Under the pieces are notes generated by a model. The model saw only the letters and a program-made list of their open reading frames with translations, searched no databases and was not told the origin of the DNA. The position numbers and the translations under genes were made by a program. From Takakia lepidozioides (lineage: Eukaryota > Plantae > Bryophyta): a stretch of 64,000 bases of DNA. Shown here piece after piece: positions 35,500 through 51,429 of this stretch. Position 1 is the first letter of the stretch. Every line of letters begins with the position of its first letter. The DNA lies in the NCBI GenBank assembly GCA_030704615.1, contig CM060731.1, positions 45,632,001-45,696,000 of the forward strand, given 5' to 3'.

Positions 35500-37665
35500 G
35501 TGACAGTGTACACCGGGTCAATGGATGAACCAATCGTTCCCCTGCCAAATGATTTTAGATTGATTTGAAACTGTGGGAGGTGTTGTACATGCCCTCTTTA
35601 AGTTACCGGACAAGTATGAGGTCAATCTAAAATGGTTCTAAGGGTGAACCAATAGTTTCCCTATTAAATGATTCATGATTGAAATTTGGTTGAAAGATTT
35701 AACGAGTCGTCCGGGGGGCAAATGATTATTTCTTTGCTTGCAACTTTGTGTACATGATTTGTACGTACTTAAGCACATATGGACCAAAGTTGAACTTCAA
35801 CAAAGTTATTTGAATCGGTTATTCAAATTCATAAGGATAAACAACCTTTCGCCTGCACATGAATTGTTTTTAATTCCATTCTGAAGTCATATTCTTGATA
35901 ACAACATGAAGAGTTGCATGCAAAATATCACCATGAACAGACATCGTCTGCATCCAAAACACATTTTATTCCCTCATTTGCACTCCAAGGTGAAGTTATC
36001 TTCAACTTCATACACTCTTCATAGAGAGTTCTGCAATAGTGAGCATATAACAAACGACGAACGTTTTTTTCCAAACATTTTTCTTTGGTACATTTTTTGG
36101 CAAGGATGTGGTGGTGTGAGGGTTCAACTCACAGAACAAAATCAAGCCAAAAACAAAATCATTGCGCCCCACAATCCTATGCCCTCTAAATCATTTTATT
36201 TAGTAAAAATCCAGTTCAATTCAAAATTGGATGAAAGGGTGAACGGAAACTTCCTCGATGAAATGATATTTTATTGCTCTGAAACTTTGCAAGTGTCTTC
36301 TACATGCCCTCTTACACGTCTTTGAGAAGTATGACATCAATCTAAAATGGTTTAAAGGGTGAACCAATCGTCCCCCTACCAAATGATTTTAAATTGATTT
36401 GAAACTTTGCAAGTGTCTTGTACATGCCCTCTTACAAGTCTTTCACAAGTTTCGAATCAATCTAAAATGGTTGAAAGGGTGAATCAATCATGAACATATC
36501 AAATGATTTTGGGGTGCTTTAAGGCTTTGCAATTGTCTTTCACATGCCATTTTAAAGGTACCGGACAAGTACGAGGTCAGTAGAATATGGTTGAAAGGGT
36601 GAACCAATTGTTCCACTATCAAATGATTTTACATTGCTTTGAAGCTTTGCAAGTGTCAGCCACATGCCCTCCTACAAGTACCGGACAAGTATGACGTGAA
36701 TAAAAATGGTTGAAAGGGTGAACCAATCATTCCGCTATCAAATGATTTTATATTGCTTTGGATGTCATTGCTTTGGTAATTCTAGCCCCCCAATGGCCCA
36801 TTGTAACCCTTGAATTACAATTCAAAATGCAATTTAAGCCCTTAAAATTGGTAATGCCAGTCCCTAAAATGACCAACCCCGGCCGCCCCTCAAATTGTAA
36901 TTTGAGCCCTTGAAATTGTCAATTCCAACCCCTCAAATTGCAATTGAAGCCCCTGAAATTTAATTCCAACCCCTCAAATTGCACTTCTAGCCCCTGAAAT
37001 GACAATTCCCGCCCCTCAAATTGCAACTGTAGCCTATGAAATGACAATTGCTAGTGCAGCCCCTGAAATTGGCAATTGAAGTCCCTGGAATGGCAGTTTC
37101 AACCCCTCAAATTGCAAGTCCAGCCCCTGAAATTGGCAATTCGAGCCCCATAAATGGCAATTTCAGCCCCAGAAATTAGCTCATTCCCCTGCCAAATGAT
37201 TTTGGATTCATTTGAAACTTTGCGAGTGTCTTGTACATGCCCTCTTAAAGTTACTGGACAAGTATGATGTCAATGTTAAATGGTCCACAGGATGAACCAA
37301 CAGTTCCCCTGTTGGATGATTCATGATTAATCGTTAACGATTGATCTCATATTACACTGGGACCTATCAGAGGGTATATTGAACACACTGGCCAAGTCTC
37401 AAAGTGAACGAAAATCATTTGGATGGGCAACCATCCGTCGGCCCATTGAACGAATTTCGGTTGATCTCATATTACTCTGGGGCCTCTTTCATGGTACATT
37501 GAACATACTGGCCAAGTTTCAAAGCAAACCAAAATCATCTCGATGACCAACCATCCGTTAAGCCATTGAATGAATTTTGATTGATCTGATATTAGTCCGG
37601 GACCTGTGAGAGGGTGTCTCGAACGTACTGGCAAAGTTTGGAAGCAAACAAAAATGATTTGGATG
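35500..37665. repeat. ~120-bp tandem repeats plus a ~20-bp CCCCTGAAATTG minisatellite (36780-37190)
   Basis: aagggtgaa recurs at ~36236, 36356, 36476, 36596 and 36715. Confidence 0.85.
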
Positions 37666-38003
37666 TACTTGACCTTGTACACAATGATGCATACCTTATA
37701 CACCATTGCTTGTCTGCGGTGCGTGTTTGCCGAGGGCAGATGCAGGACATCCTCATCAAAAAAGCTTCCGGCATGTTACACCCGGCTGCAGCAGGTCCAC
37801 TGGTTCGTTGCACAAAAAATTCCGCCACACATGCCCATTTCGTCCTGCATCGATGGGTCCACCTGCAAACAACATCCAAGAGACGGAACTCGGGAGGAAA
37901 TCGGAATTTTATACAGCCAGCCATGCACATATGCTTCCGCTATTTTTGCAATGTCATTCCACACATGCTATATGGAGGACAAGCCTCGAACAAGACAGTG
38001 TGA
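37666..38003 (+). pseudogene. MULE transposase C-terminal segment
   Basis: VLDLVHNDAYLIHHC... joins in frame with ...NLLEAILKR across the inversion. Confidence 0.7.
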
Positions 38004-39206
38004 CAAGGGAAAGGCCGATTCTCAATTGATGTTCGCTAAATGAGTCGTACTTGTTAGCAAAGACCTAAATACTTCCATTCAAGTCTGCACTGTAAACTCA
38101 ATGTAACTCACTTCCCCGCGCTCAAACAGTCCCACGAATAGGCAAACAACAAAGCAAAAATAGTAGAAGCATATGAACAAAAGAGGCTGTGGCTTGAAAC
38201 GATGGACTCCGACGTTGCCAGAGAATCCATGGAGTCATGCAAAGGGATTCTTCACAACCGCCGAGTCTGTTGGTTCTAAACAGTCAAACAACAAACAACA
38301 GCAAGCAACACGAGAAAAAAAAAAAAACAAAGGGGGTCTGAGGAGATCGGCGAGTGCCATGGCATGCCCTAAATCCGGACAGGCTGGATAAAACCGGATC
38401 TGGACGGGCAGATGCGTGCCACGTAGGTCTAGGTCTGTTGTGCCGGTCTGGGGTGGTCTGCGGGCAGACCTCACAGACCGAGCTTGGGCAAACCCCAGCA
38501 AGGGCAGACCCACTGGACCCGATGGCGGGCGGACCCAGCGGCGAGGGCGGGCGGGCGGGCGGGGGCCGCGGTCCGGGGGCGGGTTGGTTGGCGTGCGGGA
38601 AGGGCCGCGGTCGGCTGCGGGGCTGTCGACCGCGGTGCGCGGCTGGTAGGTGGGGGTGGGCGACCCCGCGTCCGTGTGGGTGTGCGCGCCCTGTCCCACA
38701 CACGCGACATAAACTCCCAATCATTCAAAAATGAGAGGCCACCTTTTCAATGAAGATGATCGGGTGCAAACACAGCTGAAGAATCGGCCTCACCTCACCG
38801 AGAGAAAGCACGAGGGAGGGTCAGCACCTGCAAGACTTCAAAGGGGCCATTGAAGATGATGTGCATGGAAATGAGTTGCCATTGAATCCTACGTCTGCTT
38901 CAAACACAAAACTTGAGAGAGAGAGAAAGAGGAAGTAGGAATATTCGCATCCTAACCCAGACCTGCACGTTCCAGAGTAATTTCACTTTTACCTTTTAAC
39001 GTTTGCAAAACATTTATCAGGAATAAATTAAATAAAAGTCTACAAAAATAAATAAATAATAAGAATGAAACTGTAATTCTCGGCTACAACCAGCTGAGCT
39101 CAGTCTCGAAACCCTAGAAACGTTGCTTCCCTGTCGCACCCTGCGTCTCGAGGATCATTGATCTGCACAGGCACCCGCACCACGCCACACTGCTTACCTT
39201 GCAATT

Positions 39207-41257
39207 ATGGCAAGTTTCTTCATCTGCCCATGTTGGGTTTTTGTTGCCGAAGGTTCCGTTGGACAATTGAAGACAATTGTGACGATGTGGTTCGGAAACA
39301 GCTCTCTCATTCTGGTTTAGATTCTTGATACAGGTGTAGTGGGTTGTAGATGGATTTCCCAGGGGGTGTGCGATTGACAGGGAGCGCTTCTGTTGCAGGA
39401 GGAGGGACTAGCGCTGCCGCATAACGTGGTGGGGAGCCATGACACCCTGCGTCATGGACTGCCTGCCTTTAAGAACGAGGCTTTACCGGTGCACCCTGTT
39501 GAGACCATTCAACGCACTGTACGGCCCTCATGGGTTCAAGCTTCCCTCTTCCTTCTCTGTTACACCTCTGTGCGCTTGTCTCTGTAAAGTAGTTTTCTCT
39601 GTAGTCCCTCTCGTCCATCAGTTGGTTTTTGGTGATTTTGCCCATACCGTATATGGTAACTCATTATTTACCTTGATTGGGGTTTTGGCTCCGTCTCTCT
39701 CTCGTTTAACTCGTATTTCCCCATTCTTGTTGCAATGGATGCTCAAATGCATGGTAGAAAGTTTGCTTCAAGTGAATTTCTGAATACATTTCTTTGCTGC
39801 TGTTGAACAGCTGCTCTAGGTCGCTTGTTTGTTGCAACGTTAGGATGGATTTTAGGTTATGTTCAAAATTTTACTGGTTTCATGTGGAATTGGAGCTTCT
39901 GTTGGGGATTTCGGCATGCATTATGCTACAAAAGTTTTCTGCTATAGATGATTGAGACTAGGTTGAAGTAGGAACTATCTAGGGAATTCAAGTTTGTGTT
40001 CTGGAGTGAGCTGGCTCCACTTGGAAGCCTTGTACTTCCATGCTTTGGGGTCGCAGCAGGATTGTCACATTATACTAAAGGGTTGCCAAGCTCTGAAAAC
40101 CTTACACCAGCACTGTTGCTGCTATGTACTTGGTGTGTGAAGGCACGCAAATACCAGGCAGAGACAAAACGTACCCTCTTGGAGAATGCTTATGGTTCAG
40201 CTTTTCCCATGAAGATGGACATAGATCAACAGATTTTGTCACGGTAGGGTCTTCCGCTTCTCAATCTTTGCTGTTTAATTATTCTTTTGGTGGGCATGTG
40301 GTTCTGCATGTGGGAGTGCTAGTCTGTACGTATGTCTTCTGTAGTCGTGGTACTGCTTAGTTTTATGGAAGCAACAGAGTGCCCCAGTCCTCTCATAATT
40401 GCATTTCAGATTGTGCCAAGCTAGTTTTGTCTAGACTTGGCTGTAAATGTAAGAAATGGAAGGGGTCTTTGGAGAGATGTGCTCCAGGGCTAGCGTTTGT
40501 ACCAACAGATGGTCTGTACTTCAATGTAAATGTACCAAATGAAAGGAGTCTTTGGATCCTTGGAGAAGTTGCTCTAGGACTTGCTGAATGCTCATAAGGT
40601 GACGTTGCACAATTGGATGGATGGGTGCAGGTTCCAACGTCCACCAGGGCTCATCCCCTCCTCAATGCTCGGCCTTGATTCTTTGACAGGTGCTCTCGAC
40701 GAGTTCGGCTTTGAGGACTACTTGAATGGTACGCATAGTTAGATGCCTGTTCTACTCTCTCGCCACAGTTGCTTTTCCACCACCCCAACTATTGAAGGGC
40801 CCTTCTCTACTTGTCTTGAGAACTTGTGTAAAATGATCGAGTATTCATGCATGTGATCAAGGAAGGCCTGATTAATGTCTGGTCCCATGTCCTGTCCTTC
40901 TCAGTGTGCGTCCTTTTCATTCAGTTCAAAGGGGGCTCCCCACTCACTTGTCTGCATAATTCAATGGACTTAGCAAAGGGCGGCAAGGCAGGTGGTGCCC
41001 TTGAATGGGCATGCTTGGAAACAAGCTTGTTTCTGCGGACTCTTAGATATTCTGTCTCAGGGATGTCGTTTTTGTGGGTATTATTGATGTGTTGTGTCTC
41101 TCTCCACCCTATGGCATGGCTGTGTGTATGATGATAGGGGTACACGGTTTATTTTGCAGACCCAAGGGAGTCAGAGACATTCATGCCAGTGGACATGCAT
41201 CAGGCTATGGAAGTCCGCCTTGGGCTTTCGAAGGGCGCCTTTTCACGTGCAATTTGA
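39207..41257 (+). CDS. POMP: Proteasome maturation factor UMP1/POMP, 5 exons
   Basis: ATG 39207-39209 (inferred GC-AG intron), 39399-39518 (HDTLRHG...HPVE), 40143-40243 (AYGSAFPMKMDIDQQILS), 40631-40728 (RFQRPPG...FGFEDYLN), 41160-41257 (DMHQAMEVRLGL...TGA). Confidence 0.9.
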
Positions 41258-41922
41258 TAGGACTCCACTTCAATGACAACATATGATAGCTTTGCCAATA
41301 AAACATGTGGCTGGACCTTTTGTAGTGAGGAATTCTTTAGACTTTAGCATGGGAAGCATGTTTCCACATCAAATATCCGCGTAATATGCACATACATTTG
41401 TTTCTAAACTCCTGCCTTGGTTATTAGTTTTTACCGTGTATGGTGCTGAGGGCTCTTGCGTAGACATACAAAGTGATGTGCCTACGACTGAGGATGCCAA
41501 AAGTGGTCAAGTTGATGCCGTATGTTGGCTTATAGGCACCATGCTTTTAATGGGATTTTCTTGCTGCACGCAAGAGGATAGCTTTTGGAAGACGAGTTTG
41601 TCTATCCATGTCCGGAATGCAGAACAAACACAAACTTTCATCATGGTTTAATCATGGTTTAATCCTGGTGATGGGCTGAAAGTCAATATCCAACCCTTCC
41701 CTGCGGAGAGGAGTCTATCCAGGACTTCAAATTGTCATTGAACTCTCAAACAAAGTGTGTGAAGAACCGAGTGATGTTCTAGACAGTGAGGGTTATTATG
41801 GAAGCTGGCATGCAAGCTATGCAAGCTTGTCTTTATTCATATCTACATTTTTATGCAATCCGAGAGTTAAAGTTCCATTGCTTTATTGATTCAAACAAAT
41901 ATATGAACCACGAGATTTTATT

Positions 41923-46086
<4,164 letters not shown>

Positions 46087-47069
46087 GGCTTCCGATCACA
46101 CAAGAACGCATGCACGTGTCTGTCTATCCTCAATTTCACTGTCGCAGCTAGACACCTTTCAGTTTCTGCCCAATTCCTTCCTCTCGCAGATCTGCCCCCA
46201 TCGCTGTGACCTCCGAGTCTGACATCGTGGAGGCGAAGAGACTGCAATTAGGTCACTCTCAGTTACGCCATTCGAACTGTAGCCAAGTATGAGACTATAG
46301 CAAAATATTACCTTAATAAAGGTAATTCTAAATACGTCTTTTGAGTCTTTTGTATTGCCAGGGGGGTCCACCCTCCACGCTTCTGTCTTTCACCATGTCT
46401 GAGCTGATCTCCTTTCTTGTTATCAGACGTCCTTTGAATCTTTCCTCTGTTTCGAGTACGGCTTTTCAGTATTCAAAGATCTTGTGGCATTGAAATTACA
46501 TAAGCGATTAAGTTAAGTTAGTCGCATCCTGCGAGATTATGATCTATTGTTGATTACCTCCACGCACAAGCTGCAACACGAAACAGCTCAATGCGCACAG
46601 ATTGGCTCCATGGCAAGAGACGTCTGAAATATGTCTTTGATTTCGTTATTGGTCGGTGAGAAATTTCCACGCACTGATACTCGACAGATGCTTCGTGCAA
46701 ATTTCTGGCATTCTTTGGTGATCAAGGAAAGGAAAAGAGCACCAATGCTCTTCTTACACGCCTGACGGAAAGCTACTTCCCACAGTTAGTTGAGATTACA
46801 GGTCAGCTTCAGTTTCTCTTTGCCACGACTTCTGTTATGTTGTTTCTACTTCTGGAATGGAGGATGGCCATTGTCTTCCACTCCACTCGAATCACTGCCA
46901 TCGTGTCGAGCTCGGCCACCTTGGACAAACGACAATGGCAAACCCTAAGCCAAAACATCTCACTTGGAAAAGCTATTCGTCGATAATTCTTAGCAGTCCA
47001 CATGGCGAAGATGAAGACGAAGATGAAGAGGAGGACGATGCAGGACCCAAGAGGGCCAGCAGGTGCATG

Positions 47070-47142
47070 TCGCCCCGCGTGGCTCTGCACTATCGCTTCT
47101 TGTGACGTGTGTTGCCAAAGCCATGCGGCACGTGGCGTGGCT
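47070..47142 (+). promoter_or_regulatory. ABRE/G-box and CE3-like cluster upstream of the LEA gene
   Basis: cgcgtggc (~47076), gacgtgt (~47104) and cacgtggc (47129-47136). Confidence 0.6.
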
Positions 47143-47377
47143 CTCATGCATTCCACCTGGCGCTTCTCTCTCCTCTCTCGGAGACATTTCAATCCGTGTG
47201 CAGAGCAGCTTGCCTACAGATGCCTACTCCTCTCAACGCTTGTTTGCTCTTGCTTGTGCTTTGTATTGGGTTTTAGATTGGTGGCTTGTGGCGACTGATC
47301 TGGTTCGGGGACGTATTTGGTAGATTTCTTTGGTTTTGAGCTGTGAAGTGCTTGTTTGAAGAGGCGAGTACTGAACG

Positions 47378-48848
47378 ATGGCGGCGATGCGGGCTTCGAC
47401 GCGCTTGCTCAAGGTGCTCCAGCAAAGCACGGCTTTTCAGGTACTGCTGCACTGCCTCAGCACTCTGGGATCGTGAACTTGCATGCACTTTAACTGAGTT
47501 ATCCTACTAGGAGTTAATGAGTCTCTCCTTGTGGGTAGTAGGCATGTGCCTTACAGCAGTATCTCAATAGAAGGTCCATTGTTTTCTTTTGAAAGAGCTA
47601 GCAATCCCAGATTTCACTCGATCTATTTGGCGGTCAACGATTGGGTACTTAGCAACCCAGATGAAACAGGGTTCAAGGTCATCTCAAATAGCTAGAGTGG
47701 GAGGCGTGCATGCAGTTGCTCATCGCGACTTCACAGTCTTTCCTAACTCATGCTCAACTGCCACTGGAGTTTGAGCTATTTTATGGGGATTTAGCTGTCA
47801 GGGGTAAAGGGTGGAGGGAGCATGGCTGGTTTGGCTGCAAGCTGTGGATTAACTGAATGTGGTGTGGCAGGGAGTAATGTATCAGCCTCAGCCTTTGGCT
47901 GCAGCACAGCAGGTGTCCACCCCCACACAGGGGATCCTCCGCCGCTTTTTTGCTGCGGATGGAGGTCAGGTATTGTACGCTTCGATTTATTTTTGATTAT
48001 GTGGGATCTGTTGAAGATATGCATCAATCAGTTCATGCTTTCTGCATCAGTTATGTGATGTATTCCGAAGAAGGGAAGTAGGTCACGTGCCCAACTTCCA
48101 TAATTTGTTGTCCACTTTCAAGTATATTAAGGGGTTGGGCATGCAGGCTGCTAGACATGACCATGCCGATGATCATTATGAGAAAATCAAAATGGTGAAT
48201 GAGGGTGGTGCTGACCACACGACCTTCTCCGAGGCTTCTGATGAGGTGAGAAAATCTAAAGGTGCATTTAATCCCATCCAGGAGGAGAGCGGCAGAATGG
48301 CGGAAAAGGGGAAAAGAGTGGGTGAGACTGCGGAGGATGTAGTCGACAAAGGCAAAGATTACGCCAAGGGGACGTATGAGGCAGCTAGTAATAAATTCAG
48401 CGATGTAAGCTCCAGAGGGAAGGAGAAGGCTGAGGAAGCACAGTCGACAGTTGGAAGGAAGAGAGAAGAAGTAATGGACAGGGCAGAGGAAACAAAGGAG
48501 AGGGCAAAGGAGAGGGTAGGAGAAACGACTGAGAAGGCAAAGCAGATGGCAGAGGAAACGAAGGAGAGGGCAGGAGAAACGACTGAGAAGGCAAAGCAGA
48601 TGGCAGAAGAAACAAAGGAGTCTGCGAAGGGAAAAACTCAGTCTGTGGTAGACAAAACAAAGGAGACCGCAGAGAAAACAAAGGAAAAGACGCAGGAAGT
48701 GACGGAAAATGCCCAGGAGACTGCGCAGGGTTTAAAGGAGGTGGGTGTGGAGGCTATCAAAGCTGTCAAGAGAGACGCTGAGAAACTGGCTGAGAAAATC
48801 GGAATCAAGGAAAGAAAGCCTGGAGATTTGGACAGAACTGAAGCTTAG
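47378..48848 (+). CDS. Group-3-like LEA protein with predicted mitochondrial presequence, 3 exons
   Basis: Exons 47378-47440 (MAAMRASTRLLKVLQQSTAFQ), 47871-47969 (...GILRRFFAADGGQ) and 48147-48848 (K/E/A/T-rich repeats such as AEETKERAGETTEKAKQM); both junctions are phase 0 GT-AG. Confidence 0.85.
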
Positions 48849-51429
48849 ATGAGGATTTTGCGAATGCAGACTACTATGATGGAAGTATCTGTCTGTCCTA
48901 CCGACAGATTGCTGTGCTGAAAACTGATCCTTGTCCATCGTGCTCATCTAGGCAAGTTGAACTTAGGCAGGCAAAGACAAAAAATGGACGAGTGCTCTAG
49001 AATATAGCATCCTAGGCAACTGTCTCCCTCTGCAACTCTCAATTGACTGACACATTCTTAAGATGACGATGATCCCTTACAGCTGAACAATCCTTAGCTG
49101 CTACAGGGTAAGCTCCACAAAGAAACTGGCTAGTGTAATCAACACAGGTGTCTTCTCTTTTACACTCTTCCGAGTAAAGTTTTGAGGGGGGCAATGTCCT
49201 CAGCATGTATGAAAACATGTCGTCAGTGGAAGTCTAACGTGTATTATTCATAGATCACACATGGATTGAGATATGGATGTCTGCAGTCTGCGATATATTT
49301 GGAAGATTGTTGGAGATTGTTAATTGCCAAGGAAGATCAATCAATTTATTGACTCCTCTTTGTACTAAAGAGGAAAATTAGCAGCAGTGTCAAAAAATGC
49401 TGAACACCTTGTGCCTTCCCCACATGTCACCTCCTCTCCTTTGCTGAAAACCAAATCCATGATGTGCCTTCTCCATACCACCCTCACTGAGGTAATATCT
49501 TTGTCCTTGAACAACTTATGAAAAAAAAATGAATGAATTTTAAAGTTTATTTGCGCAGACTATGCATTTGTTCGCATGGAAGTAGGGCAGTTCTCGGTTT
49601 TGGGTCAAACCGGCAGGCCGCGTTCTTCAAAATATGAAAAGAAAAAGAAAAAGAAAAAGGAGAGTTTCAGAACTTGGGGTGGAGGTAAATCTCATAGTTA
49701 CATTATCACGGGTATGTTTTTAATCGGTTCTTTCATCTACCAAATCCGGTGCTTGGTTATATGGGCTGAGAGATGAGATGACCCCATCCCTCCCGGTCCT
49801 AAATTCAAAAGTTTTTATGGATAAAAGAAATAAACAATGTGCATGTATGAGAAAAATCCGACCCCACAATAATTAAGGTCATTTTCAAATTGTGTTGAAT
49901 CAACAATGCTAATTTAGAGGAAGATCATCTTCAAACTCTTCTTTGCTCCACCTCATCATCGAATTCTTCTTCAGAAGCTATGCCAAATCATCCTACTGCT
50001 CTTCCACTTCTTGGGGTACTTCTACATTTGTGCATCTGAATTTTTACAAAGATCATCCGATCCAAGTTATCTGTTTGTTCGGCAGCGGCGTAGAGCTATG
50101 AGTATCCCAGCAAGTGAAAAAATTTCTCTCAATCTCTATTTGACTTCGTACATTCATAGAATCTATCCGACAAGAAGGCCTATGGAAGGAAACATGGCCA
50201 AGTGTGTAATTGTCACCTTCTCAACGTCGACTGGAAAGCGGCGGAAAAGACAACTCTTCTTTGGTTTCTAAACAACTTTGGGTACAGCTGCAGGTCATTT
50301 CCTTAGTTAGATTGATCATTCTTTCTCAGTTCTGGACGATGAGACACCCGCCTCAGAGCCGAGTAAATATGGCTAACAGGGGGAAGGGCAGACACACGTT
50401 TCCTCCCATTTAGTTTCATTTTCCGCCGAGCTTGAAAATGTTCCACAAAATCTTTTTTTCCTCTTCAATGACATGTTGTTGTTGTTTTTTACACGTTACC
50501 ATGACAGTGTCATCACACAACAACTCCCATCTCCTAGTTCTCCAAACATCTCTGCATCGAACAATAGAGCATCTCAAGCTTAAGCGTGACCCTTAGCACC
50601 CTAAACCATTACTTTTACCATATACCAAAAACCTTAGTGTAGTACCCTACTTATAATAAACTCCAAACCTTAATGTACTACCATGATACCTCTTGTAAAA
50701 TTTGTATCATTCTCTTAATGTTTTCTTTAATTTTGTTGGATAACGTATGATAGAATGATTACATGGATATCAAATTCCCCTTACATTTTTACATTCTACA
50801 GAGGTTCAGAATCGTCCATATTTCTTTTTCTTTTTCTATCCTAAACCCTTCTCCGAGTCACCACAAACTTGGACCTTATTGCACTTAATATATCTAGTTA
50901 CACCCCAAACCTTATTTTACTACCCTAGTAGGTCATCTTCCTAATGTTTCAATACTTGATATAAGTTGATAGTAATTTTGATTGAATCTTCATGTTGACA
51001 AGCACAATATCCATAGACAATGCCATTGGAATGATGTTTTGGGTGTGAGAAGGGCAGTAAAATATTACAATAGCTTGGTAGAGTACTATGAGTCTATCCC
51101 ATGTTCGATTCGACACATTTGTTTATCGTGATTACATAATGTAATATCACATCATTCGACTTCCCAGTGGACGTTCAATGAATTGTCAGTTACACTGCAA
51201 CTTCACAAGCACTTCAATGTCAAATGGACATCTTATATGTTACATTTTGAAGCAAGTATGACATCACTTGTAATTTCACAAAGTTCAATCACACATTACA
51301 ATCCAAGATATTATTAACATTTGAATTAATTTGAATTAAAATATATATTAAGTTTGGTCCGGATTTAAGCCAAAAGTCCAGAATTAGTTAAAATAGGGTT
51401 TTGGGTGTTTGCTGGAAGAACTTCACGCC

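Larger units (their letters stand above)
22166..37665. mobile_element. ~14.1-kb hAT-superfamily transposon (22166-31500 plus the now-inverted 32884-37665) with three genes
   Basis: 8-bp TSD ttgtcatt at 22158-22165 and, reverse-complemented, at 32876-32883. Imperfect TIRs CAGGGTTGCACA / CCTAGTTGTAAA; ACGTCA/TGACGT-rich subterminal blocks at both ends; internal hAT transposase. Inserted in a MULE intron just before its acceptor. Confidence 0.8.
31501..37665. other. 6,165-bp inversion
   Basis: Re-inverting restores both the internal repeat (ggatggttgct|catccaaat) and the MULE reading frame (TTG AAA CGG G|TA CTT GAC = LKRVLD), and makes the two TSD copies direct repeats. Confidence 0.85.
18800..38727. 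mobile_element. Decayed Mutator-like element (MULE transposase + Ulp1-like gene) hosting a nested hAT; boundaries approximate
   Basis: MULE transposase pieces, a divergent Ulp1-like gene and a shared AGACC/GGTCT-rich non-coding signature from 18.8 to 38.5 kb; GC-rich putative terminus at 38330-38727. No TSD or left terminus found. Confidence 0.55.

Noticed and set aside
38235-38753. Multiple overlapping Pro/Arg/Gly-rich ORFs
   Set aside because: Expected by-product of extreme GC content; no recognisable domain.
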